A stretch of 64,000 nucleotides of DNA from Eubacteriales bacterium. Its GTDB lineage: Bacteria; Bacillota; Clostridia; Oscillospirales; CAG-272. Shown in pieces: positions 19,675 through 27,880 of the stretch. The stretch is taken from the NCBI GenBank assembly GCA_045653945.1, contig JAZOML010000033.1, positions 8,798 through 72,797 of the forward strand, in the 5' to 3' direction. Below the pieces are notes generated by a model. That model saw nothing but the letters and a program-made list of their open reading frames with translations, made no database searches and had not been told where the DNA came from. The translations under genes and the position numbers were made by a program. Position 1 is the stretch's first letter. Each line of letters starts with the position of its first letter.

Positions 19675-19704
19675 AAATAATCAGTATACCTTTTAAAAGC
19701 TTCA

Positions 19705-19741
19705 CAAAAAAAGCAGACCGATTTTTCGGTCTGCTTTTTTT
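19705..19741 (+). terminator. Intrinsic terminator after infB
   Basis: AAAAAAAGCAGACCG-attttt-CGGTCTGCTTTTTTT. Confidence 0.8.
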
Positions 19742-19823
19742 AAAAATATATTTTGTGATTGATTTTTTTCTTTTACACGGTGTTATACTATAATATAGCA
19801 GTATATTCGTGAGGTAAATTATA

Positions 19824-20315
19824 GTGGCAGTAAACGTTAAAGCTGTTGTAAATGAAATAAAAGCCGAAATTGAGGAAAGTAAGGAAAGGTCGGATATTCC
19901 AACCTTTGCGGAAGTAATGAGTGTTCTTGAACCGAGTGTAGTTGAATACGACGGTGCAGAGCTTCGTAGCCTTATTTGTGCATATAACGAAAACTCTTAT
20001 ATAATTGAATCAACTCCTATAAAGGGAAATCGCTTTATAGCATTTATCAAGAGAATTATAAGAAAATTGACCAGATTTTATATCAGGCCTATCGTTGATA
20101 AGCAAAATTCTATCAATGCAATGACGGGCAGAGTGTTAATTGCTCTTGATAACGATATGCAGAGGGTGAGCCTTTGCAGTATGGGTGAGTATGCAGAGAA
20201 ATATGCACTTCTTGAACTTAAATTTAATAAGCTTGATAGTAAAACGACAATGCTTTTAAATAGAGTAAACGAGCTTGAGGCGGAAAATAAAGCTTTAAAG
20301 GAAAAGCTAAAATGA
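19824..20315 (+). CDS. Coiled-coil protein of unknown function, first gene of a glycosyltransferase operon
   Basis: GTG start with a GAGGT Shine-Dalgarno 8 nt upstream. Heptad-like N- and C-terminal segments (NRVNELEAENKALKEKLK). Its stop overlaps the next start (ATGA). Confidence 0.6.
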   Translation: MAVNVKAVVNEIKAEIEESKERSDIPTFAEVMSVLEPSVVEYDGAELRSLICAYNENSYIIESTPIKGNRFIAFIKRIIRKLTRFYIRPIVDKQNSINAMTGRVLIALDNDMQRVSLCSMGEYAEKYALLELKFNKLDSKTTMLLNRVNELEAENKALKEKLK

Positions 20316-21400
20316 AGATAATTCAGATAATATCCACCATTTCTTACGGTGATGCTGTAAGCAATGATGCAAAGGCGATATGTAAGGTTATTGCCGAAAT
20401 GGGGTATAAAACGGGCATATACGCAGAACATATAGGTAAGGGGGTATCAGATAAATATACCCATAATATATCTGATATTGATTCGCTTCACTTAACTGAT
20501 GAGGATGTAGTTATTTTTAATCATAGCACGGGAACAAAGCTTTGCTACATTCTTGACAGTATTCCCGGACGGAAGCTGATGATTTATCATAATATCACCC
20601 CGCCAAAATTTTTCAGAGGCTTTTCGGAGCATCTTGAGGGGGATACCGAATACGGATACAGAGGTACTCGCCACGCTGCAAGAAGTATAGAACAGGTAAT
20701 GGCGATTTCAAAATATAACGCCGACTCTCTTGTAGAGCTTGGTTATACCTGCAAAATTACGGTTCGCCCTATACTTATTCCATTTAATAAATATAATACA
20801 GAGGCGGATAATTCGGTTATCGCAAAATATACCGATGACGGATACGTAAATATATTGTTTGTTGGAAGAATTGCCCCAAATAAAAAACACGAGGATATAG
20901 TGCGCGCGTTTGCACACTATAAAAAATATGTAAATCCAAAATCAAGACTTATATTTGTAGGAAATGATAGGGGAATTGAAAAATACGGAGAGTGCATAAG
21001 AAAATACGTTAATGCTCTTCAAATAGATGACGTAGTATTCACAGGACATATTTCTTTTTCAGAAGTGCTTTCATACTACAAAATTGCACACGTATTCCTT
21101 TGTATGAGCGAGCACGAAGGCTTTGGTGTGCCGCTTGTTGAGGCTATGTATTTTAACGTGCCGATAATTGCTTATGATAGCAGTGCCGTTGCCGAAACCC
21201 TTGGTGGTAGCGGAATACTTGTTGATAATAAAAACCCCGTTATGATAGCGGCATTTATTGACCGACTTGTGCGTGATAAGGAATTTAAGAACGCAGTAGT
21301 AAATACACAAAGGCAAAGGCTGAAATATTTTTCTTATGACAAAGTAAGAAATCAGTTTTGTTTGCAGTTAAAAGAATTTATAAATAATAAACAGGAGTAA
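20312..21400 (+). CDS. Glycosyltransferase family 4 (group 1)
   Basis: C-terminal Rossmann half with SEHEGFGVPLVEAM, the E-x7-E motif of GT4 enzymes. Confidence 0.85.
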   Translation: MKIIQIISTISYGDAVSNDAKAICKVIAEMGYKTGIYAEHIGKGVSDKYTHNISDIDSLHLTDEDVVIFNHSTGTKLCYILDSIPGRKLMIYHNITPPKFFRGFSEHLEGDTEYGYRGTRHAARSIEQVMAISKYNADSLVELGYTCKITVRPILIPFNKYNTEADNSVIAKYTDDGYVNILFVGRIAPNKKHEDIVRAFAHYKKYVNPKSRLIFVGNDRGIEKYGECIRKYVNALQIDDVVFTGHISFSEVLSYYKIAHVFLCMSEHEGFGVPLVEAMYFNVPIIAYDSSAVAETLGGSGILVDNKNPVMIAAFIDRLVRDKEFKNAVVNTQRQRLKYFSYDKVRNQFCLQLKEFINNKQE

Positions 21401-21402
21401 TA

Positions 21403-22494
21403 ATGAAGATAATACAGGTCATTGCGTCGGTATTTTTCGGTGATGCGGTTGGAAACGATTGCCGCGCTCTTGCAAGGGTTATATCAGATCTTGGATACGA
21501 AACCGGAATATATACCTACGATATAGACCCAAGAGTTAAGGATAGCTTTGTACGTAAGATGTCAAAGCTCCCAAAATTAGAGAATGATGATATTGTAATA
21601 TTCAATCATTGTTCAGGTACAAATTTGTGTTACGAGGTTCCTGAAATGGGTGGCCGCAAGATTATGATTTATCATAATATAACACCCGCGTATTTTTTTG
21701 AGGGGTATAACGAGGATACCGTCCGAAGCATTCGCGCAGGATATAAGGGAACAGAGTACCTTAAGGATAAGATAGATTTTGTTATGGCAGTATCGCAGTA
21801 TAACGCAAACGATTTAAAGGCTATGGGATATAAATGCCCTATGTATATACGCCCGATAGTAATTCCCTTTGAGGATTATACAAAGGAACCCGATAAGGAG
21901 ATTGTAGCTAAATATGGAGCAGACGGATATACAAACATACTTTTTCTTGGCAGAATTGTGCCTAATAAAAGGCAAGAGGACATTATCACAGCATTTGCGT
22001 ACTATAAAAAGCATATTAACTTGAAATCTCGTCTTATACTTGTAGGTAACGACGGCGGTGTAGAAAAGTACGGAGATAGCCTGAAAAAATACGTCAAGGC
22101 ACTTGAGGTCGATGACGTTATATTCACCGGTCAAACTAGCTTTCGGGCAATTTTGGCATACTATACCATTGCCGACGTATTTCTTTGTATGAGTGAGCAC
22201 GAGGGATTTTGCGTACCGCTCGTCGAATCTATGTTCTTTAAGATACCGATAATTGCATACGATAGTAGTGCAATAGGCAGCACACTTGGTGGAAGCGGTG
22301 TGCTTTTGCAGGATAAGGACCCGGTACTGGTATCGCGTATTATTGATAGAATTGTAACCGACAAGGAGCTTCGTGAGCAAATAATTGCAGAGCAGTCAAA
22401 ACGCCTTGAGGCATTCTCGTATGAGGCTATGAAGGAAAACTTCAGACGCGGGCTTGAGCTGTTTATCAGCGGCGAGTATAAAAATTTAAAATAA
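21403..22494 (+). CDS. Glycosyltransferase family 4 (group 1), paralog of the preceding gene
   Basis: Collinear with the previous protein over its full length, by eye a little over half of positions identical. Same E-x7-E motif (SEHEGFCVPLVESM). It starts 2 nt after the upstream stop. Confidence 0.85.
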   Translation: MKIIQVIASVFFGDAVGNDCRALARVISDLGYETGIYTYDIDPRVKDSFVRKMSKLPKLENDDIVIFNHCSGTNLCYEVPEMGGRKIMIYHNITPAYFFEGYNEDTVRSIRAGYKGTEYLKDKIDFVMAVSQYNANDLKAMGYKCPMYIRPIVIPFEDYTKEPDKEIVAKYGADGYTNILFLGRIVPNKRQEDIITAFAYYKKHINLKSRLILVGNDGGVEKYGDSLKKYVKALEVDDVIFTGQTSFRAILAYYTIADVFLCMSEHEGFCVPLVESMFFKIPIIAYDSSAIGSTLGGSGVLLQDKDPVLVSRIIDRIVTDKELREQIIAEQSKRLEAFSYEAMKENFRRGLELFISGEYKNLK

Positions 22495-22496
22495 AT

Positions 22497-22527
22497 AAAA
22501 AATGCTCGGATTTACCGAGCATTTTTT
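22497..22527. terminator. Bidirectional terminator between the GT operon and convergent yloV
   Basis: AAAAAATGCTCGG-attta-CCGAGCATTTTTT. Confidence 0.75.
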
Positions 22528-22536
22528 GGTTCTAAA

Positions 22537-24210
22537 TTATTCATTTTCGCCCGAAATGATGTAGGCGTATACGGGCTGACCACCCTCAATGAGCGTAACC
22601 TCAGCGTAGGGATTAACGTGCTCAGTGATAATTTCAACAGCCTTTTCGGCTTCTTCGAGGGTTACGTCCTCACCATAGTAAACGGTGATAATACTGCTCT
22701 TTTTTACTGAATCGGCAACAAGCTCAAGACACTCCTCGCGAGTATCGGTTACGTATTTAACCTTGTTTTCAACGAGTCCAAGTATCTGACCGATGCTTAT
22801 TTTCTTGCCGTCGAAGGTGGAATCGTGTGCCGCATAGGTAATAGAAGCGGTCTTTGTATCCTTAATTCTTGTTTCCATAGCCTCGCGGTTTTCCTCGGGA
22901 GTTGCGTCCTCATCAAAGGCGAACATAGCGGAAACACCTTGGGGAACGGACACCGTGTTGATAACCTCAACGCGCTTGTCCTCTACCATTTCAGCCGCAG
23001 TTTTTGCTGCAAGGAAGATGTTTTTGTTGTTAGGAAGAACGAATACAACCTCGGCAGGAGTTGCGCAAATAGCCTTTAAAAGGTCCTCGGTTGACGGGTT
23101 CATAGTTTGACCGCCCGTTACAATCTTATCAGCGCCAAGGTCGTTAAATACCGCCTTGATACCGTTACCCGAGCATACGGTAACGAATCCGTATTTCTTT
23201 TCGGGTGCAACGGAAACAAGCTCGTCGCTTTCTGAAGGAGCTTCTTCAATAAGCTCGGAGTGCTGATTTTTCATATTTTCAACCTTTATGGTATAGAACT
23301 CTCCGTACTTAACCGCCTCAGAAAGAACCTTACCGGGGTCGTCGGTATGAACGTGAATTTTAACGATATCGGTGTCTTCTACGAAAACAACACTGTCGCC
23401 CATACCGATAACGAACTTGTGTAAATCCTCGCACATTTCCTCGCCCTCGTAAGCCTTGGATTTGGTTACGATGCATTCGGTACAGTAGGGGAAGGTTATA
23501 TCCTCGTTTGCAAACTGTGAAAAGTCAGCCTGCTTTTTGGTGGTTTTAACGCTTGAAGGGTCCTTGGGAAGAACGGGAGTACCCTCAAGATAAGAAATGA
23601 TACCGCGAAGAACGGTTACAAAGCCGCAGCCGCCGGCATCAACAACGTTTGCCTGTTTAAGCTGGGGAAGAAGCTCGGGAGTTTTTTCAAGAGATTCCTC
23701 AGCCACACCAAGCATATAGTTAAATAGGGTAAGAATGTCCGAATATTTTTCAGGCTCCTCCTCAAGCTTGGCGCTTGCCGCCTCGCCTGCTTCTCTCATA
23801 ACTGTAAGAATTGTACCCTCGGTAGGCGTCATAACCGCCTTGTAAGCCGCATTTACACCGTTTTGAACGCCATTTATTATAGTAGAAGCATCCGCTTCCT
23901 CACAGTCTTTGACGCCCTTTGCAAGTCCTCTGAAGAATGAGGAAAGAATAACGCCTGAATTTCCTCTTGCAGAACGAAGGAAGGTCTTTGCGACCTCGTC
24001 GGCAACCTGAGAAACGTCGCCTTCAAAGCTCATAAGCTCTCCTCTTGCGGGGCTCATCGTAAGGCTCATATTTATACCCGTATCTCCGTCGGGGACAGGG
24101 AATACGTTAAGATTATTTATTTCGTCCTTGTCGTTGTCAAGCGCAAAGGCGGCGGAAACTATCATATCACGGTATGCCGTACCTGTTAATTTATTTATTG
24201 CATTTTTCAT
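22537..24210 (-). CDS. yloV: DAK2 domain fusion protein YloV
   Basis: N-terminal DhaL-like domain with DGDTGINM, plus a C-terminal DegV-like domain. 557 aa is typical for the family. Confidence 0.9.
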   Translation of the reverse strand: MKNAINKLTGTAYRDMIVSAAFALDNDKDEINNLNVFPVPDGDTGINMSLTMSPARGELMSFEGDVSQVADEVAKTFLRSARGNSGVILSSFFRGLAKGVKDCEEADASTIINGVQNGVNAAYKAVMTPTEGTILTVMREAGEAASAKLEEEPEKYSDILTLFNYMLGVAEESLEKTPELLPQLKQANVVDAGGCGFVTVLRGIISYLEGTPVLPKDPSSVKTTKKQADFSQFANEDITFPYCTECIVTKSKAYEGEEMCEDLHKFVIGMGDSVVFVEDTDIVKIHVHTDDPGKVLSEAVKYGEFYTIKVENMKNQHSELIEEAPSESDELVSVAPEKKYGFVTVCSGNGIKAVFNDLGADKIVTGGQTMNPSTEDLLKAICATPAEVVFVLPNNKNIFLAAKTAAEMVEDKRVEVINTVSVPQGVSAMFAFDEDATPEENREAMETRIKDTKTASITYAAHDSTFDGKKISIGQILGLVENKVKYVTDTREECLELVADSVKKSSIITVYYGEDVTLEEAEKAVEIITEHVNPYAEVTLIEGGQPVYAYIISGENE

Positions 24211-24243
24211 ATTTTATAATCCTCTTAATAGCTAAATCGTTGT

Positions 24244-25137
24244 TTACTCTTTAACTCTTGCGTCGCCTCTGTTTTCACCAACACAGAAAATTGCCAATGT
24301 TTTGTAGCCTGAGTGAGCACCGATTACAGGTCCTATGTAGTTTGTAATAATTTTTCTTTTTGGTAGCTTTTCTTTAAGCATGTCGATTACAAGATGTAAA
24401 TCATCCTCGCAATCACCATGACTGATAAATATTGGAAGTGATGTGTCATCGCTTATCTCAGCAAATATCATATCAACAAGCTTTGCAAGAGAAAGACGTC
24501 TGCTTCTGACCTTGTCGTAAGCGGCAAGCTTTCCGATTTCGTTTACGAAAAGCATAGGCTTTATTTGAAGCACAGAGCCAAAGAACGCCGCAGCGGATGA
24601 AATTCTACCGCCTCTTTTAAGCTGTCCAAGGTCATCAACTGTGAACTCGTGGCAAATCTTATGACGCATTTGCTCGGCGTAAGCCTTGACCTCGTCAAGC
24701 GTTTTGCCTGCTTTTTTTTGCTCGGAGCAAAGGTAAACGAGAAGTCCTTGTCCAAATGATGCACAAAGTGAGTCTACTGCCTCGATTTTTCTATCGGGAA
24801 ATTCCTCACGAAGCTCGCTTATAGCGTTGATTGCGTTTTGATAGGTTGCGGAAAGCCCTGACGAAAAGCCGATATAAAGCACGTCCTTTCCGTCCTTTAA
24901 ATAAGGAGTAAAGGCATCGGTGAAATCCCCGATGTTAATAGCTGAGGTGGAAGCCTTAGCGCCGTTCTTTAAAATTTGATAAAATTCGGGAACTGATAGT
25001 TCACTGTGGTCAGGATTGTTTACGTATAAAGTGCCGTTTAAAAGATAGGACATTTTGATTATCGGAGTGTCCCATTCCTTTTCCTGCTCAACCGAAATAT
25101 CCGCTGCGGAATCGGTAATAATTACATAGTTCGCCAT
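24244..25137 (-). CDS. DegV family fatty-acid-binding protein
   Basis: N-terminal IITDSAADI. About 290 aa, the typical DegV length and profile. Confidence 0.85.
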   Translation of the reverse strand: MANYVIITDSAADISVEQEKEWDTPIIKMSYLLNGTLYVNNPDHSELSVPEFYQILKNGAKASTSAINIGDFTDAFTPYLKDGKDVLYIGFSSGLSATYQNAINAISELREEFPDRKIEAVDSLCASFGQGLLVYLCSEQKKAGKTLDEVKAYAEQMRHKICHEFTVDDLGQLKRGGRISSAAAFFGSVLQIKPMLFVNEIGKLAAYDKVRSRRLSLAKLVDMIFAEISDDTSLPIFISHGDCEDDLHLVIDMLKEKLPKRKIITNYIGPVIGAHSGYKTLAIFCVGENRGDARVKE

Positions 25138-25306
25138 TTTTTAAAACCTTTCTTTCAAAAAAAATTAGTTTAGATATGGACAAAACGTGTTTAATATGCT
25201 ATTATATAATCATGAGCTATTTACTCACTAAATATATTAGTGTAATATATTTTAAAAAGGTTACAAAATATTTTATATTTTTATTTTATATAATAAAGGA
25301 ACGCTT

Positions 25307-25825
25307 ATGCAAAAATATCTTGAATGCGGAATAATCACTAATACTCACGGAATAAACGGGGCTTTAAAGGTGCTTTCACAATGCGATAGTCCCGATGTAC
25401 TTGCAGAGCTTGAATACGTGTATATAGAGCAGCTGGGAGTTTACCGAGAGCTTGAGGTTACGTCCGCCGCAGTATATAAGGATACCGTAATATTCACTTT
25501 TGAGGGAATTGATACGGTAGACAAGGCGGTAAGACTGAAGGGCAAAACACTCTTTGCAGACCGTGAGGACTTTATTCTTGAAGACGGTGAATACTTCCTT
25601 GCCGATATTATCGGCCTTGAAGTCATAGATGCAAATACGGGAAAGGTTTACGGAAGGGTCGAAAACGTAAACACAAACTCAGCTCAACTGCTTTATGAGG
25701 TAAAAACCGAGAAGGGAATAAGACTGCTACCCGCAGTTGATGCATTTATAAAAGAGGTAGTTCTTGATAAAGCGATCTACGTAACGCCTGTTGCAGGACT
25801 TCTTGATGACGAGGATGATGTATAA
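25307..25825 (+). CDS. rimM: 16S rRNA processing protein RimM
   Basis: GIITNTHGINGALKV N-terminal barrel and a PRC barrel C-terminus. It sits immediately before trmD. Confidence 0.9.
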   Translation: MQKYLECGIITNTHGINGALKVLSQCDSPDVLAELEYVYIEQLGVYRELEVTSAAVYKDTVIFTFEGIDTVDKAVRLKGKTLFADREDFILEDGEYFLADIIGLEVIDANTGKVYGRVENVNTNSAQLLYEVKTEKGIRLLPAVDAFIKEVVLDKAIYVTPVAGLLDDEDDV

Positions 25826-26502
25826 TGAGATTTGACGTTTTAACATTATTTCCCGAAATGATAAAGGGTGCTCTTGGGCAAAGCATAATAGGACGTGCAG
25901 AGGAAAACGGTCATATAGAAATTTTTGCCCATAACATAAGGGACTATTCCCTTGATAAGCACCGTAAGGTAGACGATACGCCGTGTGGCGGAGGTATGGG
26001 TATGCTTATGTCCTGCCAGCCTATCGACGATTGCCATACCGCTGTAAAAAATCTTGCGCCCGATATGAAAACGAGAACGGTATATATGTCGCCGCAGGGT
26101 AGAGTTTTTAGCCAAAAGATAGCAAAAGAGCTTGCCGCATACGATAGACTTATTATACTTTGCGGTCATTACGAGGGAGTTGACAGACGTGCTGTTGAGC
26201 TTGTTTGCGACGATGAAATTTCTATTGGCGACTTCGTTTTAACAGGTGGTGAGTTACCTGCTTGCGTGCTTATCGACTGCGTAAGCCGTATGGTTGACGG
26301 AGTTCTCCCTGAAAGTGAAGCATACGAGCAGGAAAGCTTTATGAACGGACTTCTTGAATACCCACAGTACACAAGACCGATAGAGTATAAGGGGATGAGA
26401 GTTCCCGAGGTGCTGCTTTCGGGAGACCACAAGAAAATTGAGGAGTGGCGAAAAAAGGAAGCACTTGCGCTGACAAAGAAAAATCGCCCCGATTTACTTT
26501 AA
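25825..26502 (+). CDS. trmD: tRNA (guanine37-N1)-methyltransferase
   Basis: DDTPCGGGMGMLM, LCGHYEGVDRR and SIGDFVLTGGELPA match the SPOUT knot motifs of TrmD. Confidence 0.95.
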   Translation: MRFDVLTLFPEMIKGALGQSIIGRAEENGHIEIFAHNIRDYSLDKHRKVDDTPCGGGMGMLMSCQPIDDCHTAVKNLAPDMKTRTVYMSPQGRVFSQKIAKELAAYDRLIILCGHYEGVDRRAVELVCDDEISIGDFVLTGGELPACVLIDCVSRMVDGVLPESEAYEQESFMNGLLEYPQYTRPIEYKGMRVPEVLLSGDHKKIEEWRKKEALALTKKNRPDLL

Positions 26503-26503
26503 T

Positions 26504-27094
26504 ATGGAAAAGCTAAAGATACCTTACCCTGTCATCGTAGAGGGTAAGCACGATAAAATAAAGCTGCAAACGGTTATTGATACCGAAATTTTCGTTACCG
26601 ATGGCTTTGGAATTTTCCGCCAAAGCGAAAAAACCGCGCTTGTACGTGCGCTTTGTAAAAAAAGTAAGATTATCATACTTACCGATAGCGATGGCGGTGG
26701 AAGAGTTATAAGAAATTTCTTTAACTCGGTGCTTGATAAGGATAGAATTATACACCTGTATATCCCACAAATCAAAGGCAAGGAAAAACGCAAGACAGCA
26801 CCCTCAAAAGAAGGCACACTTGGTGTTGAGGGTATGGAAGCAAAGCTGCTTTATGAGCTTTTTTTACCGTTTGCGGGTGGGATTGAAAATGGAAATAAGA
26901 TGCCCGTAACTAAGGCAGAACTCTACGAAATGGGACTTTGCGGTAGAGAGGGAAGCGCTATAAAACGAGCCGAATTTGCCCGTTACCTTGGCTTTCCTGC
27001 GGATATGACGGCCCCCGCCTTGCTTTCGGCGGTTAATATACTTTATGGAAAAACAGAGCTTGAAAAAATTTACGCTGAATTTTTATCAAAATGA
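26504..27094 (+). CDS. Toprim domain protein, RNase M5-like
   Basis: VIVEGKHDKIKL ... IIILTDSDGGGRVIRN has the Toprim E ... DxD signature seen in RnmV-type nucleases. It starts 2 nt after the trmD stop. Confidence 0.7.
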   Translation: MEKLKIPYPVIVEGKHDKIKLQTVIDTEIFVTDGFGIFRQSEKTALVRALCKKSKIIILTDSDGGGRVIRNFFNSVLDKDRIIHLYIPQIKGKEKRKTAPSKEGTLGVEGMEAKLLYELFLPFAGGIENGNKMPVTKAELYEMGLCGREGSAIKRAEFARYLGFPADMTAPALLSAVNILYGKTELEKIYAEFLSK

Positions 27095-27153
27095 CGTAAA
27101 CAAAGGGGAAATACGATTTTTTTAAAAAAAGAAAAGAAAATTTGTTTTTCCCC

Positions 27154-27182
27154 TTGACAAAAGTAAAAAGTTGTGCTATTAT
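27154..27182 (+). promoter_or_regulatory. Sigma-A promoter for tRNA-Arg(ACG)
   Basis: TTGACA (27154-27159), 17 nt, TATTAT (27177-27182). Confidence 0.65.
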
Positions 27183-27200
27183 ATATAAGCACGAAAAAAT

Positions 27201-27277
<77 letters not shown>

Positions 27278-27282
27278 AAACA

Positions 27283-27312
27283 AAAAAAGCAGGTCAAAGA
27301 CCTGCTTTTTTT
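27283..27312 (+). terminator. Terminator after tRNA-Arg
   Basis: AAAAAAAGCAGGTC-aaa-GACCTGCTTTTTTT. Confidence 0.8.
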
Positions 27313-27417
27313 GTTTTCGTGTCCTCAGTTAACACGAAAACCCACGCAAAGCGAAAGCTTTGCTAAGGTTTTGTGTTTGAAATGTTGAAAATTTAAAGAA
27401 ATGTTGGCGCAAAACAA

Positions 27418-27455
27418 GGGTTCAGAGTCCCGCAGGTCGAATGACCTGCTTTTTG
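27418..27455 (+). repeat. Degenerate second copy of the tRNA-Arg T-arm/3' end fused to a copy of its terminator
   Basis: GGGTTCAGAGTCCCGC compared with GGGTTCGAGTCCCGC in the tRNA. It is followed by CAGGTC-gaat-GACCTGCTTTTT, compared with CAGGTC-aaa-GACCTGCTTTTTTT. Confidence 0.5.
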
Positions 27456-27495
27456 ATTTGCTATACTTCATAAAAAAGAGGCAACCGCCTCTTTT

Positions 27496-27708
27496 TCATT
27501 TATCTGAAAGTCCTATAAAATAGTCAGCACTGACACCGTAAAAGCGACAAAGCTTTTTTAAATCATCAATTTTTAATTCCGCACGCCCCTCTTCAATATG
27601 ACTGTACCCTTGCTGAGATTTATTTATCACCTTTGCCACCTCACGTTGCTTTAAATCTCTATCCTCACGCAGCGCTCTCATCCGCTCTCTGTAATTCATT
27701 ATACTCAC
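27496..27708 (-). CDS. XRE family helix-turn-helix transcriptional regulator (70 aa)
   Basis: LKQREVAKVINKSQQGYSHIEEGR is a canonical Cro/C1-type HTH. AAAGGTGAG Shine-Dalgarno, and its own terminator at 27470-27495. Confidence 0.85.
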   Translation of the reverse strand: MSIMNYRERMRALREDRDLKQREVAKVINKSQQGYSHIEEGRAELKIDDLKKLCRFYGVSADYFIGLSDK

Positions 27709-27737
27709 CTTTTTATCTCATTTGATAAAATTTTATC

Positions 27738-27784
27738 ATACTCACGAATTGAGTATTGACAAATACTCAAAGATTGAGTATAAT
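27738..27784. promoter_or_regulatory. Two 19-bp palindromic operators overlapping divergent promoters
   Basis: ATACTCA-N5-TGAGTAT is a perfect inverted repeat at 27738-27756 and again at 27763-27781. The plus-strand promoter is TTGACA (27756-27761), 17 nt, TATAAT (27779-27784). A minus-strand TTGTCA-16-TATGAT promoter serves the XRE gene. Confidence 0.6.
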
Positions 27785-27846
27785 ATAGGTAGTTGAGAGC
27801 TTAAACGGAAATGACAGTGTTATTTTATCAGCAAAGAACTTCAACT

Positions 27847-27877
27847 AAAAAACGCTTGCAAGCCTGCAAGCGTTTTT
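27847..27877. terminator. Bidirectional terminator (3' end of the IMPase operon; also stops the plus-strand transcript from the operator region)
   Basis: AAAAAACGCTTGCA-agcc-TGCAAGCGTTTTTT. Confidence 0.75.
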
Positions 27878-27880
27878 TAT

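Noticed and set aside
21814-22380. 188-aa ORF antisense to the second glycosyltransferase
   Set aside because: It is a shadow ORF. The plus-strand frame carries the GT4 E-x7-E motif and aligns end to end with its paralog.
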